Below are positions 11,467-19,664 of a DNA stretch of 64,000 bases, one piece after another. Source of the DNA: an uncultured Solirubrobacterales bacterium. GTDB taxonomy: Bacteria > Actinomycetota > Thermoleophilia > Solirubrobacterales > 70-9. The notes below the pieces were generated by a model that saw only the letters and a list, made by a program, of their open reading frames with translations, made no database searches and had not been told where the DNA came from. The DNA lies in the NCBI GenBank assembly GCA_963805455.1, contig CAWDUJ010000004.1, forward strand, positions 32,627-96,626, given 5' to 3'. The translations under genes and the position numbers were made by a program. Position 1 is the stretch's first letter. The number at the start of each line of letters is the position of its first letter.

Positions 11467-12192
11467 GTGACGGCGATGCCAGGCGGATCTCAAAGCGACC
11501 CGGTTCTGCTGATAACCGGTGCGAGCAGCGGGATCGGGGCCGCCACGGCGCGGGCGGCCGCGGGCACCCACCGCCTCGTCCTCGCGGCCCGCCGCGAGGA
11601 GCAGCTTCAGGATCTCGCCGCCGAGCTCGGCGGCGGGGAGCGGGCGATCGCGGTCCGCTGCGACGTCACCGAGTGGGATCAGGTCGAGGCGATGGCGGCG
11701 GACGGGATCGAGGCCTTCGGCCGGATCGACGCAGTTTTCGCCAATGCCGGCTTCGGCGCCAAGCGCGGCTTCCTCGAGGAGTCGGTCGAGCACTGGCGCT
11801 CGATGGTCCTGACCAACGTCTACGGCGCGGCGCTGACCGTCCGCGCCACCCTCCCCCACCTCCTCGAGCGCGGCGACGGCCATTTCCTGATCACCAGCTC
11901 GGTTGCCGGCCGGCGGGCGCTGCCGGGCTCGCTCTACTCGGCGACGAAGTGGGCGACTACGGCGATGGGCGAGGCGCTGCGGGCGGAGCTGCGCCAGATG
12001 CATGACAACCACGAGATCAAGGTAACCCTGATCGAGCCGGGGATGACCGACACGCCGTTCTTCGACAACAGTCCCGGCGAGTCGGCGCTCCGCGACGACG
12101 ACATCGCGCGAGCTGTGATCTACGCGCTCGAGCAGCCGCCCCACGTCGATGTCAACGAGATCCTGATCCGGCCCACCTCGCAGCCGACCTAG
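11467..12192 (+). CDS. SDR family oxidoreductase
   Basis: TGASSGIGAATA (TGxxxGxG), NAG, and YSATKWA (YxxxK). Confidence 0.85.
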   Translation: MTAMPGGSQSDPVLLITGASSGIGAATARAAAGTHRLVLAARREEQLQDLAAELGGGERAIAVRCDVTEWDQVEAMAADGIEAFGRIDAVFANAGFGAKRGFLEESVEHWRSMVLTNVYGAALTVRATLPHLLERGDGHFLITSSVAGRRALPGSLYSATKWATTAMGEALRAELRQMHDNHEIKVTLIEPGMTDTPFFDNSPGESALRDDDIARAVIYALEQPPHVDVNEILIRPTSQPT

Positions 12193-12270
12193 ATGGTTGA
12201 TTCCACGGCCGCGTGTGACTGGGCCACGTGTGCCATCCAGGCGTGTGGGGTCGTGGAATCAACCATCTAG
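12189..12270. repeat. Perfect 19-bp inverted repeat (CTAGATGGTTGATTCCACG / CGTGGAATCAACCATCTAG) with a 44-nt spacer
   Basis: Arms at 12189-12207 and 12252-12270, read directly. The arms contain the stop codons of both convergent genes. The spacer has 3 copies of CGTGTG. Confidence 0.8.
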
Positions 12271-13292
12271 CCGCGGAGCAGGAGGCGCACCAGGCGCCAG
12301 TAGCCGCGCAGGGCGATCCGCGCCGGTCGGGAGCGCGCGAAGGGCGGGATGAAGGGCGAATCGAGGTCCGCCGTCAACCAGGAGGCGAACTCCGCGGTCG
12401 AGACCGAGCGGGTCGCCTGCACCTTGCGACGCTCGCACAGCAACCGCGGCAGCCAGGAGAGGATTTCGAAGATCGCCTCGATTTTCTGCCGCCCCCAGCC
12501 GGCGGCGACCGAGGCCGGGATCAGGGCCATCTCGGTGACGAGCAGGGCCGGGGCGATCAGGAGCAGCAGCCATGTCGGGTAGACCCTGATCAGGAACGCC
12601 CACCGATTGCGCTCGAGCCAGCGCCACTTGTGCTCGCGGGCGCCGAACTCGTACTCGTGATCGACGACCGCCGCCGGCTCGATCCCGAGGACGCCGCCGG
12701 CGAGGCGCAGCCGCAAACATAGGTCGACGTCCTCGTGGTAGAGAAAGAACCGCTCGGGGAACCCGCCCGCCGCTTCCCAGATCGCCCGGGGAATCGCGAG
12801 GCAGGCGCCGGAGAGGTAGGTGACCTCGCCCGCAGGCGGCGCCTCGGAGATCGGGCGCCCGTGCCCGCCGGCCCAGACGATCCCGGTGAAGTGGACGGGG
12901 TTGCCGGCGGAGTTGATCCTCTCGCCGCCATGGTCGGCGACCAGGGCCTGCCACGCGACCCAGCCACGTTCCTGCACCCAGGGTAGGCGGATCGCAGCGC
13001 CCCAGCCGGGCATCGGCATAGCGTCCGGGTTGAGGATCACGAGCAGGTCCCCCTTCGCCAACCTCGCCCCCTCGTTGCAGGCGCCGGCGAAGCCGGCGTT
13101 GTGGCCGCTGGTGTGGAGGCGGGCGCCGGGCGCGAGCTCGCGGACCAGTCCGGCGGAGCCGTCGCCCGAGTTGTTGTCGACGACGATCAACTCGTCCTCC
13201 TCACCCAGCTCGGGGACCACGGCCGGCAGCGTCCGCGCCAACTCCTCGCGGCTGTTCCAAGCGATGATCAGGACTGAGAGCGTCGGAGGCAC
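12267..13292 (-). CDS. Glycosyltransferase family 2
   Basis: LSVLIIAWNSREEL...VVDNNSGDGS...NAGFAGACN...ILNPD, typical GT2 (DxD-type) motifs. Confidence 0.85.
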   Translation of the reverse strand: MPPTLSVLIIAWNSREELARTLPAVVPELGEEDELIVVDNNSGDGSAGLVRELAPGARLHTSGHNAGFAGACNEGARLAKGDLLVILNPDAMPMPGWGAAIRLPWVQERGWVAWQALVADHGGERINSAGNPVHFTGIVWAGGHGRPISEAPPAGEVTYLSGACLAIPRAIWEAAGGFPERFFLYHEDVDLCLRLRLAGGVLGIEPAAVVDHEYEFGAREHKWRWLERNRWAFLIRVYPTWLLLLIAPALLVTEMALIPASVAAGWGRQKIEAIFEILSWLPRLLCERRKVQATRSVSTAEFASWLTADLDSPFIPPFARSRPARIALRGYWRLVRLLLRG

Positions 13293-13317
13293 CGACGCCG
13301 GAGGCTAGTTCAAGCCG

Positions 13318-16212
13318 TTACTTCCGCTTCTTCTTCTTCTTCTTGCCGCAAGGCGTCTTCACCCGCAGCTTCTTGTTGCCCGCCTTCTTGCCGTTCTGGG
13401 CAAAGAGCCTGACGACCGCCTTGAGCTTCTTCGGCTTCGCCTTCTTCCCCTTCTTCTTCTTCGGGCAGAGATTGAGGCTGTTGGTCAGGATCCCGCGCTT
13501 GCCGCCTCTGACGGTGAGTTCGAATTTCGAGACCGGCACGTCCGGGATCGCGTTGAACGAGTTCCGGATCCGGCCCTTGGCGGTGTCGATCTTGCCGGCG
13601 ACGTCGATGTCGATCTGGCCGTGCAGGGAGGCGACGAGGTCGGGCAGGAGGTTGTTGGAGGAGCGCAGCCGGACCGGGCCTTCGAGCGGTTTGTCGAGCA
13701 GCGGGGTGAAGGCGCGGGCGAAGCCGTAGCTGGAGTTGTCCGGGCAGGCGTTCGCCGCGAACTGGGTCCGCGTGCAGACTTTCGCGATGTTGCTCTGATC
13801 GAGGATCAGGCCCTTCGGCAGGGTGACGACGGCGCGACTGAGGTTGGCGTCGCCTTCGCGGGCGCTGAGGACCGCCTTCAGCTTCGGGTTCTTGGCCCGT
13901 CGGGTCGCGCCGAACGTCCTCAGCGAGAGCTTCGGCTTGAAATCGAGGCCCTCGCACCCGTTGAGCTGGAAGGGGACCGAGGCCGGGAAGGCGGTGAACC
14001 CAGCCGCGTCGGCCGGGTTTGCGCCGCCGCCGCGGAGGGTCGCGCCGACGGCCATCGGTGAGCAGTTGGTGCCGTTGAGGGAGAAGTCCCTGCGGTCGAG
14101 GTCGACGTCGACCGAGCTGATGTCGAGCAGGGCGCCCCCGAACACGTCCGGTATCGGGTCCGAGACGGCGTGGACCTGGGCCGTTTCGCGGTCGACCAAC
14201 AGCGCCACCCGGAGAACGACCGAACCGAGGTCGAACGGCCCGGCCGTCGCCGGTGTGATGACCGCCAGGGAGAGCGGGGCCCCACCGTAGGGGCCGGCCA
14301 GGAACACCTTGCCGGCGATCTGCAGCGGCTCGCCGCTGCCGGTATGGACCGTCGCGGTGCCGACGAAGCTCGAGTTGGGACAGCTTGAGACCGCCGCCTC
14401 GTTGCGGCCGCTGCTGACGGCGGCGGCGGCGAGAGCCGACCCCGGGCAGTACCTGAGGTTGGCCAGCTTTGCGGTCTCGCCCGGCGGCAGGTCGACGGTC
14501 GCGCCTTTCAGCTCCTGCTCGCCCGGGGCGCGGGTGAGGTGGACCCGGAACGGGCTGAAGGCCCCGCCCTTGGGATTGTTGGTCGCGGCTTTGAAGCCCG
14601 GGGCGAAGGGGCGTGCCGCCATCGACCCGGCACAGGCGCCGCCGCCCGGAGCGGAGGCGAGTTTGAAGTCGCTGCTCGGGGTCGCGGGCGCGTTCCCCGT
14701 CCACGGCGTCAGCGAGGTGGTCGTCGAGTGCGGGCCACAGGTCGCGGGGCTCGTCAACGGCGCCCGCGGCCCGTCGTCGAAATGGAGCTTGAACGAGGTG
14801 AAGGGGACCTGCGGCAGTCCCGGCAGCGCCGCGCCGCCGAGCTTCGCGTCGTCGAACACCGTGGTCAGCCGGCCCGTCTGGGGGTCGGCTTTGACGTTCC
14901 CGATCAGCCGGGCGGAGATCCCGTAGCGGTCCGACCCGGCGACGACGAAGAGACGGTAGAGGTCGCCCGAGGCGGGGTCGGTGCTCTTCGGCTGGCCGAC
15001 GTAGACGTCGCCGGTCAGCGACCCCTCGGGCAGCGGCGGGGTCTCGATCGCGACCGTTCCGACTTTCGAGTCGGGCGGACAGGCGACCGGGTTCTTCGTC
15101 CCCTTGCCGAACTGCTCGTCGGTGCAGGCGACCAGGCCATTTCCGGCCGAGGGGTTGATCCCCATCCCGGGGGGAAGGGTGACCTCTGCGCGCCTGGTGT
15201 TGGCGGTCTCACGCGACGCTCCACCGGGGTTGTGGGGGAATTTGACGTCGGTCACCGCGCCCGAGGGCGAGTCGGTGGCCTGCTGGCCGGGGTCGACTTC
15301 GATGCTCGCTTCGTAGGGAACGTTCGCGCAGTCGGTCGGCATTTCGCCTTCGGGCAGCGGCGATTCGAACGGTGGCTCGGCGCTTGCAGGGAACACGTAG
15401 CCCGACTCCGACTCTTCCGCGGCCGAAGCGGCGAGCAGGAAGGTCGAGTAGATCCCCTCGAAGCCGGCCTGTTCGGGGTCGAGACAGGTCGAGGGGGTGG
15501 TGATGAAGGTGCCTTCGCCGGCGCGACCGTTGAAGGCCAGCCGGTTGGTGAGGATTTCACCGGCGGGAGAGGTCGGCACGTCGATCGTGAACCCCTCGTG
15601 GTAGTCGCCGTCCCAGGCGACGTCGGCGCGGAGGTAGACGTTGTTGCCGGCGAGGGTGAGGCCGAAGAGGGCCGGTTCCCCGTCAGCAGGGACCAGGTTG
15701 TAGACGGGCACTTCGGTGAGCGGCGCCGCCGGCGGCAGCACCACACCGAGGAGGGAGAGCGTCACCGCGCTCATCCCCACCTGAGAGAGCGGAGCGCTCG
15801 TGGCGCAGTTGCCGGGATTGGAGACGTCTTCGCACTGGGGTGTCGACTGCGGGTCGACCGTCAGGCCGACCGGGAGATCGACCCGGACTTTGCTGAGGAC
15901 GCCGACCGGGAATTTCGTCCCGGGGACGATTCCTTCGGTGTATTTGACCGTGAACTGGGTGAAGCCGACCTGCGGGTGTGCGGCGGCTTCCGTGAAGAAC
16001 TCACCGGGCGTGTCGACGGTGCATTGGGGAACGTCGGTATTGCAGGTGCCAGCCTGCCAGCCGTCGGCGGGCGTGTGGGGATTGTTTTGGGGGGCGATGA
16101 TGTCGCCGGTCGCCGCCAGTGCGGAGGAGGACGGAAGCAGGGCGATCGCTACCATCGCCAGCAAGCCGGCAACGCTCCACCCCGTCCATCTGGTTTCCCT
16201 GCCTACAGACAT
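13318..16212 (-). CDS. Large secreted protein with four repeated ~200-aa modules and a Lys-rich C-terminal tail, function unknown
   Basis: Start chosen at MSVGRETRW... (ATG 16210-16212), followed by signal peptide ...SSSALA. Modules open with VRVDLPVG, AEVTLPPG, ATVDLPPG and AVVTLPKG. Tail is CPKKKKGKKAKPKK...CGKKKKKKRK. Confidence 0.7.
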   Translation of the reverse strand: MSVGRETRWTGWSVAGLLAMVAIALLPSSSALAATGDIIAPQNNPHTPADGWQAGTCNTDVPQCTVDTPGEFFTEAAAHPQVGFTQFTVKYTEGIVPGTKFPVGVLSKVRVDLPVGLTVDPQSTPQCEDVSNPGNCATSAPLSQVGMSAVTLSLLGVVLPPAAPLTEVPVYNLVPADGEPALFGLTLAGNNVYLRADVAWDGDYHEGFTIDVPTSPAGEILTNRLAFNGRAGEGTFITTPSTCLDPEQAGFEGIYSTFLLAASAAEESESGYVFPASAEPPFESPLPEGEMPTDCANVPYEASIEVDPGQQATDSPSGAVTDVKFPHNPGGASRETANTRRAEVTLPPGMGINPSAGNGLVACTDEQFGKGTKNPVACPPDSKVGTVAIETPPLPEGSLTGDVYVGQPKSTDPASGDLYRLFVVAGSDRYGISARLIGNVKADPQTGRLTTVFDDAKLGGAALPGLPQVPFTSFKLHFDDGPRAPLTSPATCGPHSTTTSLTPWTGNAPATPSSDFKLASAPGGGACAGSMAARPFAPGFKAATNNPKGGAFSPFRVHLTRAPGEQELKGATVDLPPGETAKLANLRYCPGSALAAAAVSSGRNEAAVSSCPNSSFVGTATVHTGSGEPLQIAGKVFLAGPYGGAPLSLAVITPATAGPFDLGSVVLRVALLVDRETAQVHAVSDPIPDVFGGALLDISSVDVDLDRRDFSLNGTNCSPMAVGATLRGGGANPADAAGFTAFPASVPFQLNGCEGLDFKPKLSLRTFGATRRAKNPKLKAVLSAREGDANLSRAVVTLPKGLILDQSNIAKVCTRTQFAANACPDNSSYGFARAFTPLLDKPLEGPVRLRSSNNLLPDLVASLHGQIDIDVAGKIDTAKGRIRNSFNAIPDVPVSKFELTVRGGKRGILTNSLNLCPKKKKGKKAKPKKLKAVVRLFAQNGKKAGNKKLRVKTPCGKKKKKKRK

Positions 16213-16266
16213 CCTGTCCTCCCGATGATACTTGATTTTTGCGGAATTTATCACTATTTTTAAGTA

Positions 16267-16572
16267 GTGACTTCCCAAAACAACAAACTCAATTGGGAGC
16301 GCCTTGCTCGGGCGAATACCCATGCGCTCCGTATCTCAATCCTCGAAGTGCTGTCGATCGATGACGGCCGAACCCTCTCCCCGAAGGATCTCAGCATCGA
16401 GCTCCAGGCCCCCCTCAGCACGGTCAATTATCACGTGACCGAGCTGGCCAAGTCCGACCTGCTCGAGCTCACCGGGGAACGTCAGGTGCGGGGGGCGGTC
16501 GAGCACTTCTACCGCCCGGCGATGAACGGCAGGGTGGCGGTCCTCGAGGAGGTGCCGGTCGGGGCCCGATAG
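16267..16572 (+). CDS. Winged helix-turn-helix transcriptional regulator (ArsR-like)
   Basis: RISILEVLS...LSPKDLSIELQAPLSTVNYHVTELAKSDLLE. GTG start. Divergent from the large secreted protein gene. Confidence 0.65.
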   Translation: MTSQNNKLNWERLARANTHALRISILEVLSIDDGRTLSPKDLSIELQAPLSTVNYHVTELAKSDLLELTGERQVRGAVEHFYRPAMNGRVAVLEEVPVGAR

Positions 16573-16608
16573 CGGGGAACCTCACGGATCCACATGCCCG
16601 TACGTTGA

Positions 16609-17481
16609 TTGGGCATGGAGCGAGAGGACCTCGAGTTCCGGTCTCAGGGAGAGCCCTGCGCCGCCTGGCTCTATCCGGCCCCCGAGGACCGGAGCTCGCC
16701 CGTGGTGGTGATGGCCCACGGGCTGTCGGGAACCCGTCGCGACGGCCTCGGGCCCTTCGCCGAGCGCTTCGCCGACGCCGGGATCTCGGCGCTTCTCTTC
16801 GATCACCGGGGATTCGGCGACAGCGCCGGAGAGCCCGACCTCTTCTCCCCCGGCCGCCAGCTCGATGACTGGCGCGCGGCGATCGCCTGCGCCCGCGGGT
16901 TGCCGGGCGTCGACTCCGCTCGGATCGCAACCTTCGGTTCTTCGATGGGCGGTGGCAACGCACTCGCCGCGGCGGCGGACGACCACCGGGTCGTCGCCGC
17001 GGTCAGCCAGGTGCCCTTCATCGACCTGTTGACTCAGAGCCATCGCTCCGGACCCGCGGTGACGGCGCGGATGCTCATCGCCGCGGCCCGCGGCGAGCAC
17101 CTGCCGGCGGTCGGCTCCCCGCGTGAGGCGGCCTTCATCAACGCGCCGGAGGCGGAGGCGGGCTGGCTACACGTCGTCGCGACCGGCGAGGACTCCCGCT
17201 GGCGCAACCGCGCCTCCTCGCGTTGGCTGCTGGGCCGTCCCTTTCGACCGGTCCGCCACGCCCGCCGGCTCCATTGCCCGTGGCTGGTCTGCGTCGGTGA
17301 GGCCGACCGGGTCGCGCGTCCAGGCCCGGCGATCCGTGCCGCCCGCGCCGCGCCGCTGGGAGAGCTGCGCCTCTATCCCGGCGTCGATCACTTCGACATC
17401 TACGACGGGCCGGAGTTCGAGGCGGTCGTCGCCGACGAGGTCGACTTCCTCCGCCGCCGGGTTCTGGAGGTCGCGCCCTAG
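16609..17481 (+). CDS. Alpha/beta hydrolase
   Basis: VVVMAHGLSG...FDHRGFGDSAG...GSSMGG nucleophile elbow (GxSxG). Confidence 0.8.
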   Translation: MGMEREDLEFRSQGEPCAAWLYPAPEDRSSPVVVMAHGLSGTRRDGLGPFAERFADAGISALLFDHRGFGDSAGEPDLFSPGRQLDDWRAAIACARGLPGVDSARIATFGSSMGGGNALAAAADDHRVVAAVSQVPFIDLLTQSHRSGPAVTARMLIAAARGEHLPAVGSPREAAFINAPEAEAGWLHVVATGEDSRWRNRASSRWLLGRPFRPVRHARRLHCPWLVCVGEADRVARPGPAIRAARAAPLGELRLYPGVDHFDIYDGPEFEAVVADEVDFLRRRVLEVAP

Positions 17482-17912
17482 AAGAGCCTGTAGCGCTGGC
17501 GCGAGAGGAGGAAGCCGTGGCCGTTGCGGAGATTGCGACAGCGCACCCCGATTTCTTCGCTGGTGCAACGGAAACGGGCCTTGCGGATCGATTCGCCGTA
17601 GCGAAGCACCGGGCCGGCGCCGAACGCCGAGTCGCTGACGCAGCCGTTGCTGCCCCGCCCTTTGACGCCGACGAAGAGAGAGCCGCCATAGTCGAATTCG
17701 CAGCTCTTCGGCTTCTTCGGCAGCGGCCAGGAGTGGTGGATGATGTCGCAGCGGGCACCCTGCTCGGTCATGATGCAGCCGATGTTCCCGCTCGGGGATT
17801 CGAAGCCCTTGAAGGCGGCGGCGTGGGAGACGAAAAGGACGCTCAGAAGCAGCCCCAGAGCGCTCGCAAGCAGAAGACCGACTCCCCGGGCGCTCGGCAG
17901 TGCTCTGGTCAC
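17478..17912 (-). CDS. Secreted Cys-containing hypothetical protein
   Basis: Signal peptide MTRALPSARGVGLLLASALGLLLSVLFVSHAAA, then 6 Cys in the mature part. No family recognised. Confidence 0.55.
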   Translation of the reverse strand: MTRALPSARGVGLLLASALGLLLSVLFVSHAAAFKGFESPSGNIGCIMTEQGARCDIIHHSWPLPKKPKSCEFDYGGSLFVGVKGRGSNGCVSDSAFGAGPVLRYGESIRKARFRCTSEEIGVRCRNLRNGHGFLLSRQRYRLF

Positions 17913-17952
17913 GGCGGCAGTTTAACTCGCGGGGCGCTGTGCCTCGACGAAA

Positions 17953-18025
17953 AGCGGACGACGGGTCTCGAACCCGCGACCTCGAGCTTGGGAAGCTCGC
18001 GCTCTACCAACTGAGCTACGTCCGC
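17953..18025 (-). tRNA. tRNA-Gly (anticodon CCC)
   Basis: Reverse complement is GCGGACGTAGCTCAGTTGGTAGAGCGCGAGCTTCCCAAGCTCGAGGTCGCGGGTTCGAGACCCGTCGTCCGCT. Full cloverleaf by hand, 73 nt, anticodon loop TTCCCAA, CCA not encoded. Confidence 0.9.
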
Positions 18026-18048
18026 GAAGGCGGGATTCTAAGCCGTCC

Positions 18049-18582
18049 ATGACTAACCTCTGGGAGTTGAGCGCCCGCGCCCTGATTTCCTTCTTCGCCG
18101 TCCTGGCCGTCCTCGGCCTGCTCGTATTCGGGCTGGTGAGCAAGGGCGGGGCCAGCATCGCGGTCGGCGATCCGGTCCCCGACAAGGTGCTGCCGAAGCT
18201 CGAGGGCGGCGGGACTGGGTCAATCGCCGATTACAGGGGCCAGTGGGTGCTGGTGAATCTCTGGGCCTCCTGGTGCGACCCCTGCCGGGCGGAGGCGCCC
18301 GATCTCGAGGCGTACTCCCGCGCGCATCCCGACATGACCGTGCTCGGCATCAACGTCCAGGACAACAGCGACGACGCCGTCAGGTTCGCCCGCGAGCACG
18401 AACTCACCTATCCGCAGCTGCGCTCGGTCGGTAACGAACGCAGCGACGCCTTCGGCTCGACCGGTGTGCCGGAGAACTTCCTCGTCGATCCCTCCGGCCA
18501 CCTGGCGCTGATCTGGCGCGGGGTCGTCGACGAGGACTTCCTCGAAGAACGGGTCACGCCGCTGATCGGGGGATCGGCGTGA
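18049..18582 (+). CDS. TlpA/ResA/CcmG-like thiol-disulfide oxidoreductase
   Basis: N-terminal TM segment and WASWCDPCRAE thioredoxin CxxC motif. Directly upstream of ccmH. Confidence 0.8.
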   Translation: MTNLWELSARALISFFAVLAVLGLLVFGLVSKGGASIAVGDPVPDKVLPKLEGGGTGSIADYRGQWVLVNLWASWCDPCRAEAPDLEAYSRAHPDMTVLGINVQDNSDDAVRFAREHELTYPQLRSVGNERSDAFGSTGVPENFLVDPSGHLALIWRGVVDEDFLEERVTPLIGGSA

Positions 18583-19043
18583 GGCTGGCGGTCGCGGCGA
18601 TCGCGATGGCCCTTCTGGCGGGTGCGGCGCCGGCGCTGGCGGCGACACCGCAGACCGAACTCCCCGACATCGAAGACGAGGTGATGTGCCCGATCTGCGG
18701 CACCCTGCTCGAGCTCGCCCAGTCTCCGCAGGCCGAACGCGAGCGGGCCTACATCTCCGGGCTGATCGCCGAAGGGAGGACGAAGTCCGAAATCAAGGAC
18801 GAACTCGTCGCCCAATACGGGGACAGGGTCCTGGCCCTCCCGGGAGACAGCGGATTCGACCTCTCGGCCTACCTGGTGCCGGCGATCGCCTTCGTCGCCG
18901 CGGCGGTCGCCCTCACGATCAGCGTCTGGCGCTGGCGGGGAAGGTCCCGGCCGCCCGGTGGCAACGGCGAGGGCCCCCCAGACGCCCCGACCGACGAGGA
19001 GAGCGAGCGGCTCGATGCCGACCTCGCGCGCTATGACCTCTAG
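18579..19043 (+). CDS. ccmH: Cytochrome c-type biogenesis protein CcmH
   Basis: Signal peptide, VMCPICG CxxC motif, ...SEIKDELVAQYGDRVL, C-terminal TM segment. Confidence 0.8.
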   Translation: MRLAVAAIAMALLAGAAPALAATPQTELPDIEDEVMCPICGTLLELAQSPQAERERAYISGLIAEGRTKSEIKDELVAQYGDRVLALPGDSGFDLSAYLVPAIAFVAAAVALTISVWRWRGRSRPPGGNGEGPPDAPTDEESERLDADLARYDL

Positions 19044-19664
19044 GGAATCGGCTCGACGACGCCGGTGACGATGTCCCGCAGGCCGCGGGGAACGCGCGAC
19101 TTCGCGGAGCAGAAGATGACCCTGTCCGCCCGGGCGGCTGCGGCACGAAGGGAGTCCCCGTCGTCGATCGCCGGCCCGTCGAGGACGGCGACGTCGTAGG
19201 CCGCCGCGAAGTTTCTCGGTCGCGTGGCCGAAGCTCTCGGAGGCGAAGAGGACGGAGCCGAGCGCGGTCGGCGCGCCGGCGACAATGCAGACCAGCGGCG
19301 CCGCGGCGAGCGTCGACCCGGGTCCGGCGAGGATCGACGCCTGGAGGATCTCCGGCGCCTCGGCCTCGTGCGCGAGGTACTCGCCGAATCCGGGCACGGG
19401 GTCGAGCCCCAGCTCGTTCGCCAGCCTGGGAGTGGCGAGATCGCACTCGATCAGCGCGCCCTTGCGGCCGGCGGCGGCCGCGGCGGCCGCCAGGCCCACC
19501 GCCAGTTCGGATCTCCCCTCTTCACCTGTGACCAGCACCACGCCCTGGCCGATCTCCGACCACAACGCCAGCATCGCGTCGAGGCTCTCGCGGTCGAGCG
19601 ACCCCGAGCCGCGCAGGGGTATTCGTCCCAGCACCGGCGGCCTCGGGGCTCGCCCGAGCATCAC
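19040..19664 (-). pseudogene. ParA/MinD-like protein with degenerate Walker A, frame break near 19210-19215
   Basis: The N-terminal part ends ...FASESFGHATEK. It continues in the other frame as NFAAAYDVAVLDGPAIDDGDSLRAAAARADRVIFCS... (ORF 19040-19285). GEEGRSE replaces the GxGKS/T P-loop. Its start overlaps the argS stop (ATGA). Confidence 0.55.

Noticed and set aside
17953-18025. tRNA-Gly and the tmRNA (63039-63396) as integration sites of genomic islands.
   Set aside because: No integrase, no duplicated 3' tRNA or tmRNA fragment, and no compositional island next to either gene within the window.
19040-19043. Convergent ccmH and ParA-like genes sharing overlapping stop codons in CTAG.
   Set aside because: This is a trivial consequence of the palindromic TAG/CTA overlap, with no further structure around it.
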